A stretch of DNA of 64,000 nt from the NCBI GenBank assembly GCA_965197475.1, contig CBDANF010000003.1, positions 3,456,001 through 3,520,000 on the forward strand. The letters are read 5' to 3'. Within the stretch, counting starts at the first letter, position 1; every line of letters begins with the position of its first letter. A program made the position numbers and the translations under genes. Below are positions 30,570 through 42,068 of this stretch, in pieces. This stretch comes from Candidatus Poribacteria bacterium. Its GTDB lineage: Bacteria; Poribacteria; WGA-4E; WGA-3G. The notes beneath the pieces are model-generated. The model worked only from the letters and a program-made list of their open reading frames with translations, ran no database searches and was not told where the DNA came from.

Positions 30570-30667
30570 ATACTATAAAACGTATAAGATTATCTAACCG
30601 GGTTTTACAACAAAATTTAAACAAAACCCGTAATACGTTAATAACTCATTAGGAGGAAATTATAGAT

Positions 30668-30958
30668 ATGGCACTTGTACCCCTTGGCGATCGAATCCTC
30701 GTCAAACGTTCCGAAGAGGATGAACAGAAAACCAGTGGCGGGATTATCATCCCTGACACCGCCAGAGAGAAGCCTCAAGAGGGCGAAGTTGTTGCGGTCG
30801 GCAAAGGCCGTATGCTTGATAACGGCGAACGGCAAGCAGTTGATGTTGAAGTCGGCGATAAAGTCCTATTCGCAAAATATGGCGGTACCGAAGTTACTTA
30901 TGATAACATTGAATTTCTCATCTTGCGCGAAGATGATATCTTAGCCAAGGTTAACTAA
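30668..30958 (+). CDS. groES: Co-chaperonin GroES
   Basis: [24 protein letters not shown]. Confidence 0.98.
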   Translation: MALVPLGDRILVKRSEEDEQKTSGGIIIPDTAREKPQEGEVVAVGKGRMLDNGERQAVDVEVGDKVLFAKYGGTEVTYDNIEFLILREDDILAKVN

Positions 30959-30966
30959 TTAAGTAA

Positions 30967-32604
<1,638 letters not shown>

Positions 32605-32677
32605 TCTCAGAGACAATCTCATAAATAGTAAGCAGGCTCAGCCTGCGGGTAGGGTTTATGAGAAAAATCTCGTTATA

Positions 32678-32714
32678 GAAATCGGGAGGATGTTAATCCT
32701 CCCGATTTCTTTTT
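32678..32714 (+). terminator. Intrinsic terminator of groESL
   Basis: GAAATCGGGAGGAT-GTTA-ATCCTCCCGATTTC-TTTTT. Confidence 0.85.
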
Positions 32715-32810
32715 ACTAAGTCCTAAGGAAGTATTTGAAAACTACCAACGAGAAGTGAAACTACATGTGTCTGATAGTTGGATGTATTGGCGAAAAGAAT
32801 CTGCAGATTT

Positions 32811-32960
32811 TCAGAATCGCAGATTTTCACAAATTACGCGGATTTCACGGATTTTTGACTTTGACATTTCAAGAGGCATTTAACTGGCAGAACGGCTTGT
32901 TGTGTGCTTTTGATGTAATCCGCGAAATCCGATAAATCTGCATAATCCGCGATTCAGACA
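32811..32960. repeat. Second inverted pair of the 9-bp-periodic repeat family
   Basis: TCAGAATCGCAGATTTTCACAAATTACGCGGATTTCACGGATT ... AATCCGCGAAATCCGATAAATCTGCATAATCCGCGATTCAGACA. Confidence 0.78.
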
Positions 32961-33159
32961 GAAAAGTGAAGGCTTGCTGAATGAGGTATTGGAGTTCTGA
33001 AAGATTATTGATGTGATGGCATACCATAAGTGATTCGGTTGTATAGGATTGTCGATTGCGTCTCAACTTAACTTGTATTGTAACATACAATGTGTTAGAA
33101 TTCAAGTTGAAGGGTTACACAACACGCTCAGCAGAGAATCTTGAATATGGAGATGAGGA

Positions 33160-33531
33160 ATGGATGATACGCGCCAACTGGCGGTAGACACGTACCGTAC
33201 TTCAAGTGGGAAAGAGCCCTTCACGGAATGGTTGGCTTCAATCCGAGATAGAACTACGCGAGGTAGAATCGAAAAGAGAATGGACCGAGTAGAGAATGGG
33301 AATATGGGGGATTATAAACGTATAGGGACTAATCTTTATGAACTACGTCTTGATTTTGGTCCTGGTTACCGTATCTATTTTAACATCTATTTTACAGAAT
33401 CAGATAGCAAGACTATTCTGATTCTGTGTGCTGGTGATAAGTCATCACAAACACGTGATATTGAACGTGCTAAAGAATATTCGTTAGATGCCAAACAAAG
33501 ATATGAGGGATATAATGATGGAACGATTTAG
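33160..33531 (+). CDS. Addiction-module killer protein (RelE/ParE superfamily toxin)
   Basis: GKEPFTEWL, GNMGD, ELRLDFGPGYRIY, LCAGDKSSQTRDI. Confidence 0.92.
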   Translation: MDDTRQLAVDTYRTSSGKEPFTEWLASIRDRTTRGRIEKRMDRVENGNMGDYKRIGTNLYELRLDFGPGYRIYFNIYFTESDSKTILILCAGDKSSQTRDIERAKEYSLDAKQRYEGYNDGTI

Positions 33532-34351
33532 AACATGGCATGAAATTTTAATGGAACGTCTTTCTGATCCAGAAGATGTTATCGGTTACCTTGAAGTTTC
33601 TCTTGAAGAATATTTAGATGATGGCGACAAGGCATTTTTTCTGAAGGGAATAAAAAATGTAATAGAGGCACAAGGTGGGATTCTTAGCGTTTCAGAACAA
33701 GCTGACATTGATCCGATATTTCTTTCAGACGCTGTAAACAATGGATCCATGCCACCTTTTCATATCCTGAGTTCAATTTTCACATCTTTTGGAGGGGCAT
33801 CTCCCATTAATCTGCCGCCGACAGAAATGATGTCCAATGCAGTGTCACACGGCGCATTACGGACTTCATGTAAAATGGGATCTGAACCAGTTATAGCGGA
33901 AAATTTTACTGAAAGACAATTACAGAATATTAAATACTGGACAGAGCTATGTAAGCATCTAAACCGGCGAGACAGTTATCTACAACGGCCAACGGCTAAT
34001 GCATCTCATTACCGAGATTTGCAGATTGGAATAAAAGGTTTTTCGTTAAGAGCAAGGCAGACTATTAAACACAAGGAAATCAGTGCTTCGTTGGTCATGA
34101 GAGGAACAAATGCAATAGGGCACTTCTACTCTTTAAGGGTGCAGGAAGAAGAAATTGAGAGAGACTTTGGTGACAAATTGGAATGGTGGGCAAGGGCAAA
34201 ATCTGAGAAACGTGTGGCTTTCAGAAATCAAGATGCAGATCCTACCAATGAAAAAGATTGGTATAATCAACACGAATGGTTAGTTGATATGCTTGAAAAA
34301 TTACATGCGGTATTTCATCCGCGACTTGAGAAGCTAATGATGGGGTTGTAG
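33515..34351 (+). CDS. Addiction-module antidote protein fused to a DUF4268-like domain
   Basis: N-term LSDPEDVIGYLE...IKNVIEAQGG; C-term YWTEL...IERDFGDKLEW...DWYNQHEWL...F.PRL. Confidence 0.8.
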   Translation: MMERFRTWHEILMERLSDPEDVIGYLEVSLEEYLDDGDKAFFLKGIKNVIEAQGGILSVSEQADIDPIFLSDAVNNGSMPPFHILSSIFTSFGGASPINLPPTEMMSNAVSHGALRTSCKMGSEPVIAENFTERQLQNIKYWTELCKHLNRRDSYLQRPTANASHYRDLQIGIKGFSLRARQTIKHKEISASLVMRGTNAIGHFYSLRVQEEEIERDFGDKLEWWARAKSEKRVAFRNQDADPTNEKDWYNQHEWLVDMLEKLHAVFHPRLEKLMMGL

Positions 34352-34791
34352 GTCTTAACGTTCAGCGAGCAAGAGCAGTGGTTCTTGGTCATTAGGAAAT
34401 AAAATAGAGAAATAATTAGCACAAGCTGTTAGACAAAGTAGGTGAATTAGAGGATAAATTCTGGGAAATATCAGTTAAGTAATTTTACAAGTTAAATTTT
34501 GTCCTATGGAAGATAATAACAAATTCTGGCGTGAACTAAAAGCATTGGTGGCTTTCCTGGCAAGCGGGGCTTTTGCGGCGGTCCATAAGCAATTTATGGT
34601 GCCTTCGCCAGAAGTTTCTTGTATTTTTCCTTTGGCAAACCAAATTCACCACTGGGGTCATTTTTCATAGGTGTAGTCCTTCAAGGGGTATTCCTTGTAT
34701 TGTTAGTCAGGATTGCGTGGCATGTATTATTCGAGAAGCAAGAACTTAAGGATGTATCGGAGAAAAAAGACTTGAAGTGAGGTTTAGAGTT

Positions 34792-36138
34792 ATGAAGCGT
34801 TATCCTGAATATAAAGACAGCGGCGTGAAATGGATTGGAGAGATACCAACCCATTGGAGATATAGTCGGCTGAAGTTTCATCTTACTGAAAACTCTGGTG
34901 GTATTTGGGGCGAAGATGATGAATTTGGAAATGGTACTTATGTCCTTCGGTCAACGGAAATCACGATAGATGGTCATTGGGATTTACAGAGATTAATAAA
35001 ACGGGAACTCAACAATGAAGAAACAGAAAGATTTTTGCTGAAGAAAGGTGATTTAGTAATCACAAAATCCAGTGGTAGCCAAGACCATATTGGTAAAACA
35101 GGGCTGGTTAATGAAAGAATTGAGTCTATGTTCGTTTGTTATTCGAACTTTGTTCAAAGACTTCGAACCCAGAATCATATCAACAGCAAATTCCTGCATT
35201 ACTTCATGAACTGTCCTCTTGCAAGAGAACAGTATAAGTATCAAAGTGAAACGACTACTGGGTTAGCTAACCTTAATGCACAATCTATTAACGAATTATT
35301 TATATCAGTACCATCTGAACAAGAACAACGCCAAATTGCAAACTTCCTGGACCGCAAAACCGAACAGATTGACCAACTCATCCGCATCAAAGAAAGACGG
35401 ATAGAACTGCTGCAGGAGCAACGCACCGCACTGATAAATCAAGCAGTGACAAAGGGACTTGACCCAAATGTGGAGATGAAACCGTCGGGCGTGGAGTGGA
35501 TTGCGGAAATACCGAGACATTGGGAAGTCAATAGACTCAAATACGTTGCCAAAATACTACCAAGTAATGTTGATAAACACATTTTTCCAGATGAGATTCA
35601 GGTCAGACTATGCAATTATACGGATGTCTATTACAACGACTATATTACAGTTGATACCGTTTTAGAAAAGGGTAGTTGTAAAGAACGTGAGTTTACGAAA
35701 TTTGCTTTGAGGAAAGGTGATGTTATAATTACCAAAGATTCTGAGACTCCAGATGATATTGGTGTTCCAACATTTGTCAAAGACAATTTGGACAATGTTG
35801 TCTGTGGTTATCATTTAACAATGATTAGACCTTATGCTTGTCGTGGGGGGTTTGTTTTTAGATTCATTCAATCCGATAGGACGAGAAGATATTTTGAGTT
35901 GGAGTCAAATGGAATTACCAGATATGGTTTGGGAAAACCATCAATTGAGAATCTACTCTTACCCATACCTCCTGATTCCGAACAACATCAAATCGCCAAC
36001 TTCCTTGATCGCAAAACCAAACAGATTAACGAACTGATATCCACGGAGCAGCGAAAAATTGAACTTCTCAAAGAATACCGTCAATCCCTCATCTCCGAAG
36101 CAGTGACAGGCAAAATAGATGTCCGAAACGAGGTGTAG
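34792..36138 (+). CDS. hsdS: Type I restriction-modification specificity subunit (orphan)
   Basis: YKDSGVKWIGEIPTHW, two TRDs, EQ.QIANFLDRKT repeats, SLISEAVTGKIDV. Confidence 0.93.
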   Translation: MKRYPEYKDSGVKWIGEIPTHWRYSRLKFHLTENSGGIWGEDDEFGNGTYVLRSTEITIDGHWDLQRLIKRELNNEETERFLLKKGDLVITKSSGSQDHIGKTGLVNERIESMFVCYSNFVQRLRTQNHINSKFLHYFMNCPLAREQYKYQSETTTGLANLNAQSINELFISVPSEQEQRQIANFLDRKTEQIDQLIRIKERRIELLQEQRTALINQAVTKGLDPNVEMKPSGVEWIAEIPRHWEVNRLKYVAKILPSNVDKHIFPDEIQVRLCNYTDVYYNDYITVDTVLEKGSCKEREFTKFALRKGDVIITKDSETPDDIGVPTFVKDNLDNVVCGYHLTMIRPYACRGGFVFRFIQSDRTRRYFELESNGITRYGLGKPSIENLLLPIPPDSEQHQIANFLDRKTKQINELISTEQRKIELLKEYRQSLISEAVTGKIDVRNEV

Positions 36139-36220
36139 ACCATACCAATGAGGTGTTGGAATTATCCAAACTATGCTGGGTATAGAGACCCGCTCTACAG
36201 TGTCAGAGGGGTGACAACAT

Positions 36221-37399
36221 CTATCCCAAATACACCTCACATGCTTGTAAAACATCCACCACTGCAATCGTCCGCATACAAGGCGATGTCCCATCCGGCA
36301 ACGCCTGACATGCATACTCAAATCCCAAATTAAGGCATGGGCTGCACGGCACAGTCGCCTCAAGACATGTTGACTTATCAGTCCAAGGACCCCATTGCAC
36401 CGAATTCGTCGGTCCGTGAATTGCGATAACTGGTGTTCCCGCCGCCGCCGCAAGATGCATCGGTCCACAATTCCCACTAATGACTAAATCCGCTCTCGCA
36501 AACAACGCTGCGAGTTGATTCACTTGCGTTTGCCCCGCAAGGCAGACCGTCTTACACTTCGTCCGCTCCGTGATCCACTGCGATACCGCCAGTTCATCCG
36601 GCGCACCCGTCAAAATAATTCGCGCACCGTAACGAGCTGCCAATGCATCCGCCAGCGTAACATACCTTTCCTGCGGCCACCGCCGACGCGGTTCACCACG
36701 CCGACCCGCCTCCGGATGCAGTACAACCAACGGATCCACCTGTTTCTGTGCCAACAAATTCTGACACCATTCGCTTTCCATTGCGCCAATCCAAACTGCA
36801 AGGTTTGTATTATCGGCACTGCATCCCAATTCATGCGCAATGCTTAGAAAATTAAGAACTTCGTGCTTTCCTTGAATATGCGGGACAACATCGGTAAACA
36901 GGTAGTGTCGGTATTGATGAGCATCACTGAATCCGACAAGGCGAGGTGCCCCCGTAGCATAAGCGAGGATCACACTAAACCGCGACCAATGCTCCAGATC
37001 AATCACCCAATCAAAATGCTCCTGACGAAGCATCCGAATTAATTGGTAGAAAGGGTAACGGAACAGGATCCGCCGGTCAATGTAGGGACACCGTTCCAAA
37101 TATGAGAGATTTGTCGGTGAAGCCAAGAACGATAGTTCTGCTTGTGGAAAGCTTTGGCGCAAGGCACGGACGGTGGGAATCGCCAAGATTGTGTCACCCA
37201 ACGCGGAGAGTTGAATGAACAGAATCTTTTTAGGAGGGACTGTAGAAAAGCCGGTTTCGCTATCAGAACCTAATCCTTGATTTCGCGACTTAACTTTCCT
37301 ATCCAGAAAAGTTCTAACAATTTTAATTAAAGATAGCAATATGCTGATCGGAATGCCGACATATCGGTCAAGGAATTTTTGGAGTTGGTTCGACTGCAT
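36221..37399 (-). CDS. Glycosyltransferase family 9 (heptosyltransferase-like)
   Basis: LSALGD, RRWP, GPMHLAAAAGTPVIAIHGPT. Confidence 0.9.
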   Translation of the reverse strand: MQSNQLQKFLDRYVGIPISILLSLIKIVRTFLDRKVKSRNQGLGSDSETGFSTVPPKKILFIQLSALGDTILAIPTVRALRQSFPQAELSFLASPTNLSYLERCPYIDRRILFRYPFYQLIRMLRQEHFDWVIDLEHWSRFSVILAYATGAPRLVGFSDAHQYRHYLFTDVVPHIQGKHEVLNFLSIAHELGCSADNTNLAVWIGAMESEWCQNLLAQKQVDPLVVLHPEAGRRGEPRRRWPQERYVTLADALAARYGARIILTGAPDELAVSQWITERTKCKTVCLAGQTQVNQLAALFARADLVISGNCGPMHLAAAAGTPVIAIHGPTNSVQWGPWTDKSTCLEATVPCSPCLNLGFEYACQALPDGTSPCMRTIAVVDVLQACEVYLG

Positions 37400-37413
37400 T
37401 CAACACAAAACCA

Positions 37414-38784
37414 TTAAGGTAGCGGCACTGCCTTGGATTTATCCCCAATCCGCCGCATCGTAATATCTTGTTCAACCGTGGGGTCAGGCAGCCCTGTTTC
37501 AGCCAACCGAAGCTTCAAAAAGGCATCCATATCATTTCTCAATTGCGCTACAACATCATCCGCTTCCTCTGCCAAACTGTAAATCTCATCAGGGTCTTCC
37601 TCAAGATCGTAGAGTTCAATATCGGGTGTGCCGTAAACGGTAGGTGTGCCACCAGTCTCCACAATCAGTTTCCATTTTCGTGTCTGCCATCCGCGCTTTT
37701 TCATCCAACCGCATTCTGTCAGGTAGATCGCATCACACGAACCGTCATCTTTGCCATTTTCAACCAAAGCGCGGATACTTGCACCTTCCATCTCTTCTCG
37801 TTCCGCCAGCACGCTTTGTCCAGCATAATCCAGAACAGTTGGGGCAATATCCTTTAGTGACACCAATCCATCAAGCCGTTGTTCTTTCGGAATAACCGCA
37901 GGACAGTGTAGTACCAACGGAATGTGACAATTTGTCTGATACAACCCGTGGTGATCATACCAAAGTTCGTGTTCATCAAGTTCCTCACCGTGGTCAGCCG
38001 TAATAACCAAAAGTGTCTCTTCCATTAGTCCGCAATCGCGCAGATATTGGAAAAGTTGCGATAGAGACGCATCCATATAAGCAATTGAAGCGTCATATAG
38101 CGAATTCACATATCTACGGTCTGTCCAGAGACGTTTTTTCGCGATGTTGTCAGGATCATCCGGATCCGGCTTACACATCCACTGCCGAAAATAATCTGTA
38201 AACGGTTCGCAGGCGTAAACAGCATCCATGCTCCGATTGTTCGGATCGCATTCATCTCCGCTGTAAAACATCCGCTCAAATGGAAGCGGTGGCAGGTAAG
38301 GCGTGTGCGGATCCCAATAGTGCAGAAACGCAAACCACGGCTTATCCTGCGATTGCGCGAGTTCCAACACCTCTATTGCTGTTTGATTCACAGCTTCTGC
38401 TTTCCGTGCACTACGGTAACGTGTCTTCCACTGATAGCCGCGATATTGATTGTCCGGAAAACCGCGTTGAAACCAACGCCCCAAATTGTCCGCAGCCACA
38501 GTAAAGTATCCTGCTTCGCTTAGCAATTCTGGAAGCGTTTTGATGTTCTCAGAAAGGTTTAAACGCCCACCTTGCGTGATAATTTGGTGAGTCAGCACAT
38601 CTTTCCCAGTGAACATCGTCGTATGTGCCGGATGCGTCGGGATATGTGGACTAATACAACTTTCAAATAGGGTAGCATCCGCAACCAATGCGTCAAGATG
38701 TGGTGTTGTCAGGTGAGTATGCCCATAACAACTCATGCTTGACGCACGGAGCGTATCTAATGAAAAAAGGATGATATTACGCAA
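37414..38784 (-). CDS. Sulfatase-like / alkaline-phosphatase-superfamily hydrolase
   Basis: DTLRA, PTHPAHTTMFTG, WDPHTPY, TADHGE, ELYDL..DP.E. Confidence 0.85.
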   Translation of the reverse strand: MRNIILFSLDTLRASSMSCYGHTHLTTPHLDALVADATLFESCISPHIPTHPAHTTMFTGKDVLTHQIITQGGRLNLSENIKTLPELLSEAGYFTVAADNLGRWFQRGFPDNQYRGYQWKTRYRSARKAEAVNQTAIEVLELAQSQDKPWFAFLHYWDPHTPYLPPLPFERMFYSGDECDPNNRSMDAVYACEPFTDYFRQWMCKPDPDDPDNIAKKRLWTDRRYVNSLYDASIAYMDASLSQLFQYLRDCGLMEETLLVITADHGEELDEHELWYDHHGLYQTNCHIPLVLHCPAVIPKEQRLDGLVSLKDIAPTVLDYAGQSVLAEREEMEGASIRALVENGKDDGSCDAIYLTECGWMKKRGWQTRKWKLIVETGGTPTVYGTPDIELYDLEEDPDEIYSLAEEADDVVAQLRNDMDAFLKLRLAETGLPDPTVEQDITMRRIGDKSKAVPLP

Positions 38785-38842
38785 AACTCTCCTCCGCTAC
38801 AATATAGCAGCGTCAATAAGTTGAAGTGATGTCTGCATTGTC

Positions 38843-40021
38843 TTAATCTGCTGCAGCTGCATCTACTGCTGCAACTTGTGCGCTTTGGATGGCTTCAGCC
38901 AGATAAGTAATTCCTTCTGAAATGTCATCTACATGGCAATATGCATACGCTAACCGAATCGCTTTCACCGGATTGCCTGCATAATGGAAGGCACTACCGT
39001 TGCTATAGCCTACACCTTTCGCCGATGCCAACTCATTTAACTTATTCAGATCGGTCGATTCCGGTAGGTCTATCCAGAGGAAAAGTCCACCGCGCGGCTT
39101 TGTCCACGTACAGAAGTCACTAACATGTTCTTCAAGCGTGTCTATTACAGCTTGACATTTAGCACCGACAGCAGTATTTGTCTTTTCAAGGTGTGCCTCA
39201 AGATGTTCCATGAAAAACTCTGCCACGATAGCACTCGCAAGCGCGCTCGTTCCACCATCCCAACGGTTGTGGTGAACCATCCCATAATACGGTTGTTTAG
39301 CAACGAAATATCCTTGTCGCACCCCAGCTCCCAAAATTTTTGAGAATGTTGCAATGAAAATAACACGGTTTGATGTATCTAACTTAAACAGTGATGCGGG
39401 TGTCGGGTTGGGCACAAAATCAATGTCACCGTAGCAATCATCTTCTACAATCAGTGTGTCGTATTCTTCTGTCAATTCCAACATGCGGTGCCGTCGTTCA
39501 AGCGACAAAATCGCACCAGTCGGGTTTTGGTGGTTAGAGGTTGTGTAGATCAGAGAAGGCATGACATTTTGACGCTTAAGTTCTTTTAGCTTATCCTCCA
39601 GCGCGTCCATATTCATTCCGTCTATATAATCCATCGGTACCCCGACGATATTTGCCTTAAGATGCCGCATAATACCGAGTGTGCCGCTATAGGTAAATTC
39701 CTCCGTTAACACCGTATCGCCCGGTTTAATAAATGTCCCCAACACCAATTCCAGTGCCTGCATTGACCCTGAGGTAATTGAGGTATTATCTACTGGGAGT
39801 GGAACACCTTCTCGACGTTCAAAACGCATTGATGCCAGTTCACGCAATCCACGATAGCCAGATTCACCGGGATAATTAACCAATTGACCACCCAATTTTC
39901 GCAGGGCCTTTGCACTTGCTTCAATCAAAGCCTCTGTCGGAAACGTGTAAGGGTCGGGTCTGCCCCCTGTAAACGCAAAATCTTTCATTTGGGTTTCCTT
40001 AAAATTCTTGGCAGATTCCAT
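38843..40021 (-). CDS. PLP-dependent aminotransferase (MocR/Aro8-like)
   Basis: HQNPTG, IVEDDCY, TFSKILGAGVR, GGLFLW. Confidence 0.9.
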   Translation of the reverse strand: MESAKNFKETQMKDFAFTGGRPDPYTFPTEALIEASAKALRKLGGQLVNYPGESGYRGLRELASMRFERREGVPLPVDNTSITSGSMQALELVLGTFIKPGDTVLTEEFTYSGTLGIMRHLKANIVGVPMDYIDGMNMDALEDKLKELKRQNVMPSLIYTTSNHQNPTGAILSLERRHRMLELTEEYDTLIVEDDCYGDIDFVPNPTPASLFKLDTSNRVIFIATFSKILGAGVRQGYFVAKQPYYGMVHHNRWDGGTSALASAIVAEFFMEHLEAHLEKTNTAVGAKCQAVIDTLEEHVSDFCTWTKPRGGLFLWIDLPESTDLNKLNELASAKGVGYSNGSAFHYAGNPVKAIRLAYAYCHVDDISEGITYLAEAIQSAQVAAVDAAAAD

Positions 40022-40075
40022 ATTGACACTATTATAGCACTATCCCAATAAAAAAACAACCTCAAACCTAACATC

Positions 40076-41452
40076 GGGTGTGTAAAGTTTTTGTACAAAG
40101 ATTATGCGGCTTTTGTGTTTAGATACCAATAACTATCCCAAGCATTATTCTTATACAAACATCGCCACCCAAGTACAGCGTTGATACCCGGTTTCTCCCA
40201 CCTCATAGAAGCCCGTTTACATCTTTGCCCGACAACATGTTTACAGGCACTCTCAATCACACCACTGCCAATCTAATATCCTTTTTCTCTAAACGCTTGA
40301 TACCGCATACGCTTCGCGTGTTTTTCGAAATACTTCGCTTCTCTTTCTAAAATATCCGAAACTTCCGGGTTCTGTGCTCCTAAGGTGCGGATGCGTGCGA
40401 CCATTTCTGTGATGTGGCCATCAAAAAGATGCGGTTCCGTCGCTTTTATCCACGCACCAATCGCTTCTATTTCAGTCTCACCAAATGCGTGTTTGGCAAC
40501 ATCATACAGATGAGATTTGGCCTGCCTGTAATCCACAATCTCAACCGCATTGGGGAAGTATTCATCGGCTAAGTTCCATATCCACGCAGCACCATCGCCA
40601 ATAAACACAATCTCCTGGGTATCTATAGCTTCTTGATAGATACCGCTGTTTGTCGCTAACGCAAACAACTCTTTACCAAAATGTGCCACATCAGGACGAG
40701 ACGCAACATAACGGATACTGGATGTTCTGGCACTCGGTATCGCCCCAGAACCTTGTTGCGGATAATCCCTATAAATACAACCAACTTTTACTTCTTCCCA
40801 ACCATCCAGTGAGTTCGTCCGACAGCCATCACAACTCACATACCATCGCTGATTTTCTACTGGCGGACTTCTATTCCCTGACGAGATAACTCTTCCGACG
40901 CTTCTCTAAAGTCAAGAAGTGCCGCCAAACGACACATCGCCTCAGCAACACGATGCGTCCATTGACCTCGCAACTTCTGTTTGGTATCAAACGGCACATG
41001 ATTATGACCACAAGGACAACGATACACCCAACGTTTTACACGGATAACACCACACAAGGTCGTAATACGCCGCTCTCTTTTACACCACGGACGACACACT
41101 TCCTGATGTTCGGGACATTCAACAGGTTCACCAGACTGTTCACTCGCTTTTTGAGAAATAAATATCTCTAAAAACTTTTGACACCACGAACGAGATGCCT
41201 CAAATACACGAAACTCCGCTTCTTCTAACGGTATACACGGATCGGAAAACATCTCTCCCGCAAAATCGTTGAATTCTTCTACAAACTTCTGAAATACGCC
41301 TTCAAACGCTTTGACTTCACAACGCTCTAATGATATACTAAACATCGGTATCCTCTCCTATTTTGTTCATAATTTATTAGGATAGGATACCATTTTTGGG
41401 TAAAACTTGTAACATCTTTCCAATTCATACCTGTACAAAACTTTACACACCC
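40076..41452 (-). mobile_element. Decayed ISKra4/ISLre2-like insertion sequence
   Basis: TIRs GGGTGTGTAAAGTTTT(T)GTACA at both ends. The transposase is split (40857-41345, 40273-40839) and reads through TAG into IGSGVIESACKHVV..R.K...MRW. Confidence 0.85.
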
Positions 41453-41740
41453 TTTTTCATTCGGAATAAGTAGTTTTGGACATAAGAAAAACAGCATAAA
41501 ATCAGACATAGACTGACATCGTAAGGGCTTCCTGACGAGGAAGATAATTGTTAGACCATTTCTTTTGATGGGAATTGGTTATAGATTGTGTTTAATCTTA
41601 AGTAGATAATTTTCAATAATCATCATAATTAAACGCGATTCTATCACGTTTTGTCCTGCTTTTATTTCGTTGAGCAGGAACTGATTATTTTGGTTATACA
41701 TAACTATCACCTCCTTTTATTTGAGTTAAAAGAGGTGGTC

Positions 41741-41814
41741 TAACAATCGCTTAACAATCGCTTAACAATCGCTTAACAATCGCTTAACAATTGCTTAACA
41801 ATCGCTTAACAATT
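41741..41814. repeat. 11-bp tandem repeat TAACAATCGCT, 6 full copies + partial
   Basis: Directly visible; one copy is TAACAATTGCT. Confidence 0.95.
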
Positions 41815-42068
41815 AAAGCATTAAAAAGGAAGTTAATCAAGAAAAAGTAGAAAAGTGCTGTAAATGTAGATGGTTATTGACTTTTTCCTTGATTTAAATG
41901 GTAAGAAATGGTATAATATAGGCAAGAAAATAGGGGGCGGACACCCCCTATTGAACCGAAAAAGCGGAGTTGCTTTTTCTAAGTTCTATCTTATCTATAT
42001 CATATTAAGATAGTATAGCACAATCTTTCAGAATAAAGCAACTCCTTTTGACATATAGGAGTATTCTG

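Noticed and set aside
34355-34780. Membrane-protein or hsdR remnant upstream of hsdS
   Set aside because: Only short broken frames; it cannot be assigned from sequence alone.
41528-41543. Second CTGACGA hammerhead core
   Set aside because: It lies in a simple hairpin (CTTCCT-GACG-AGGAAG) with no stem II/GAAA arrangement.
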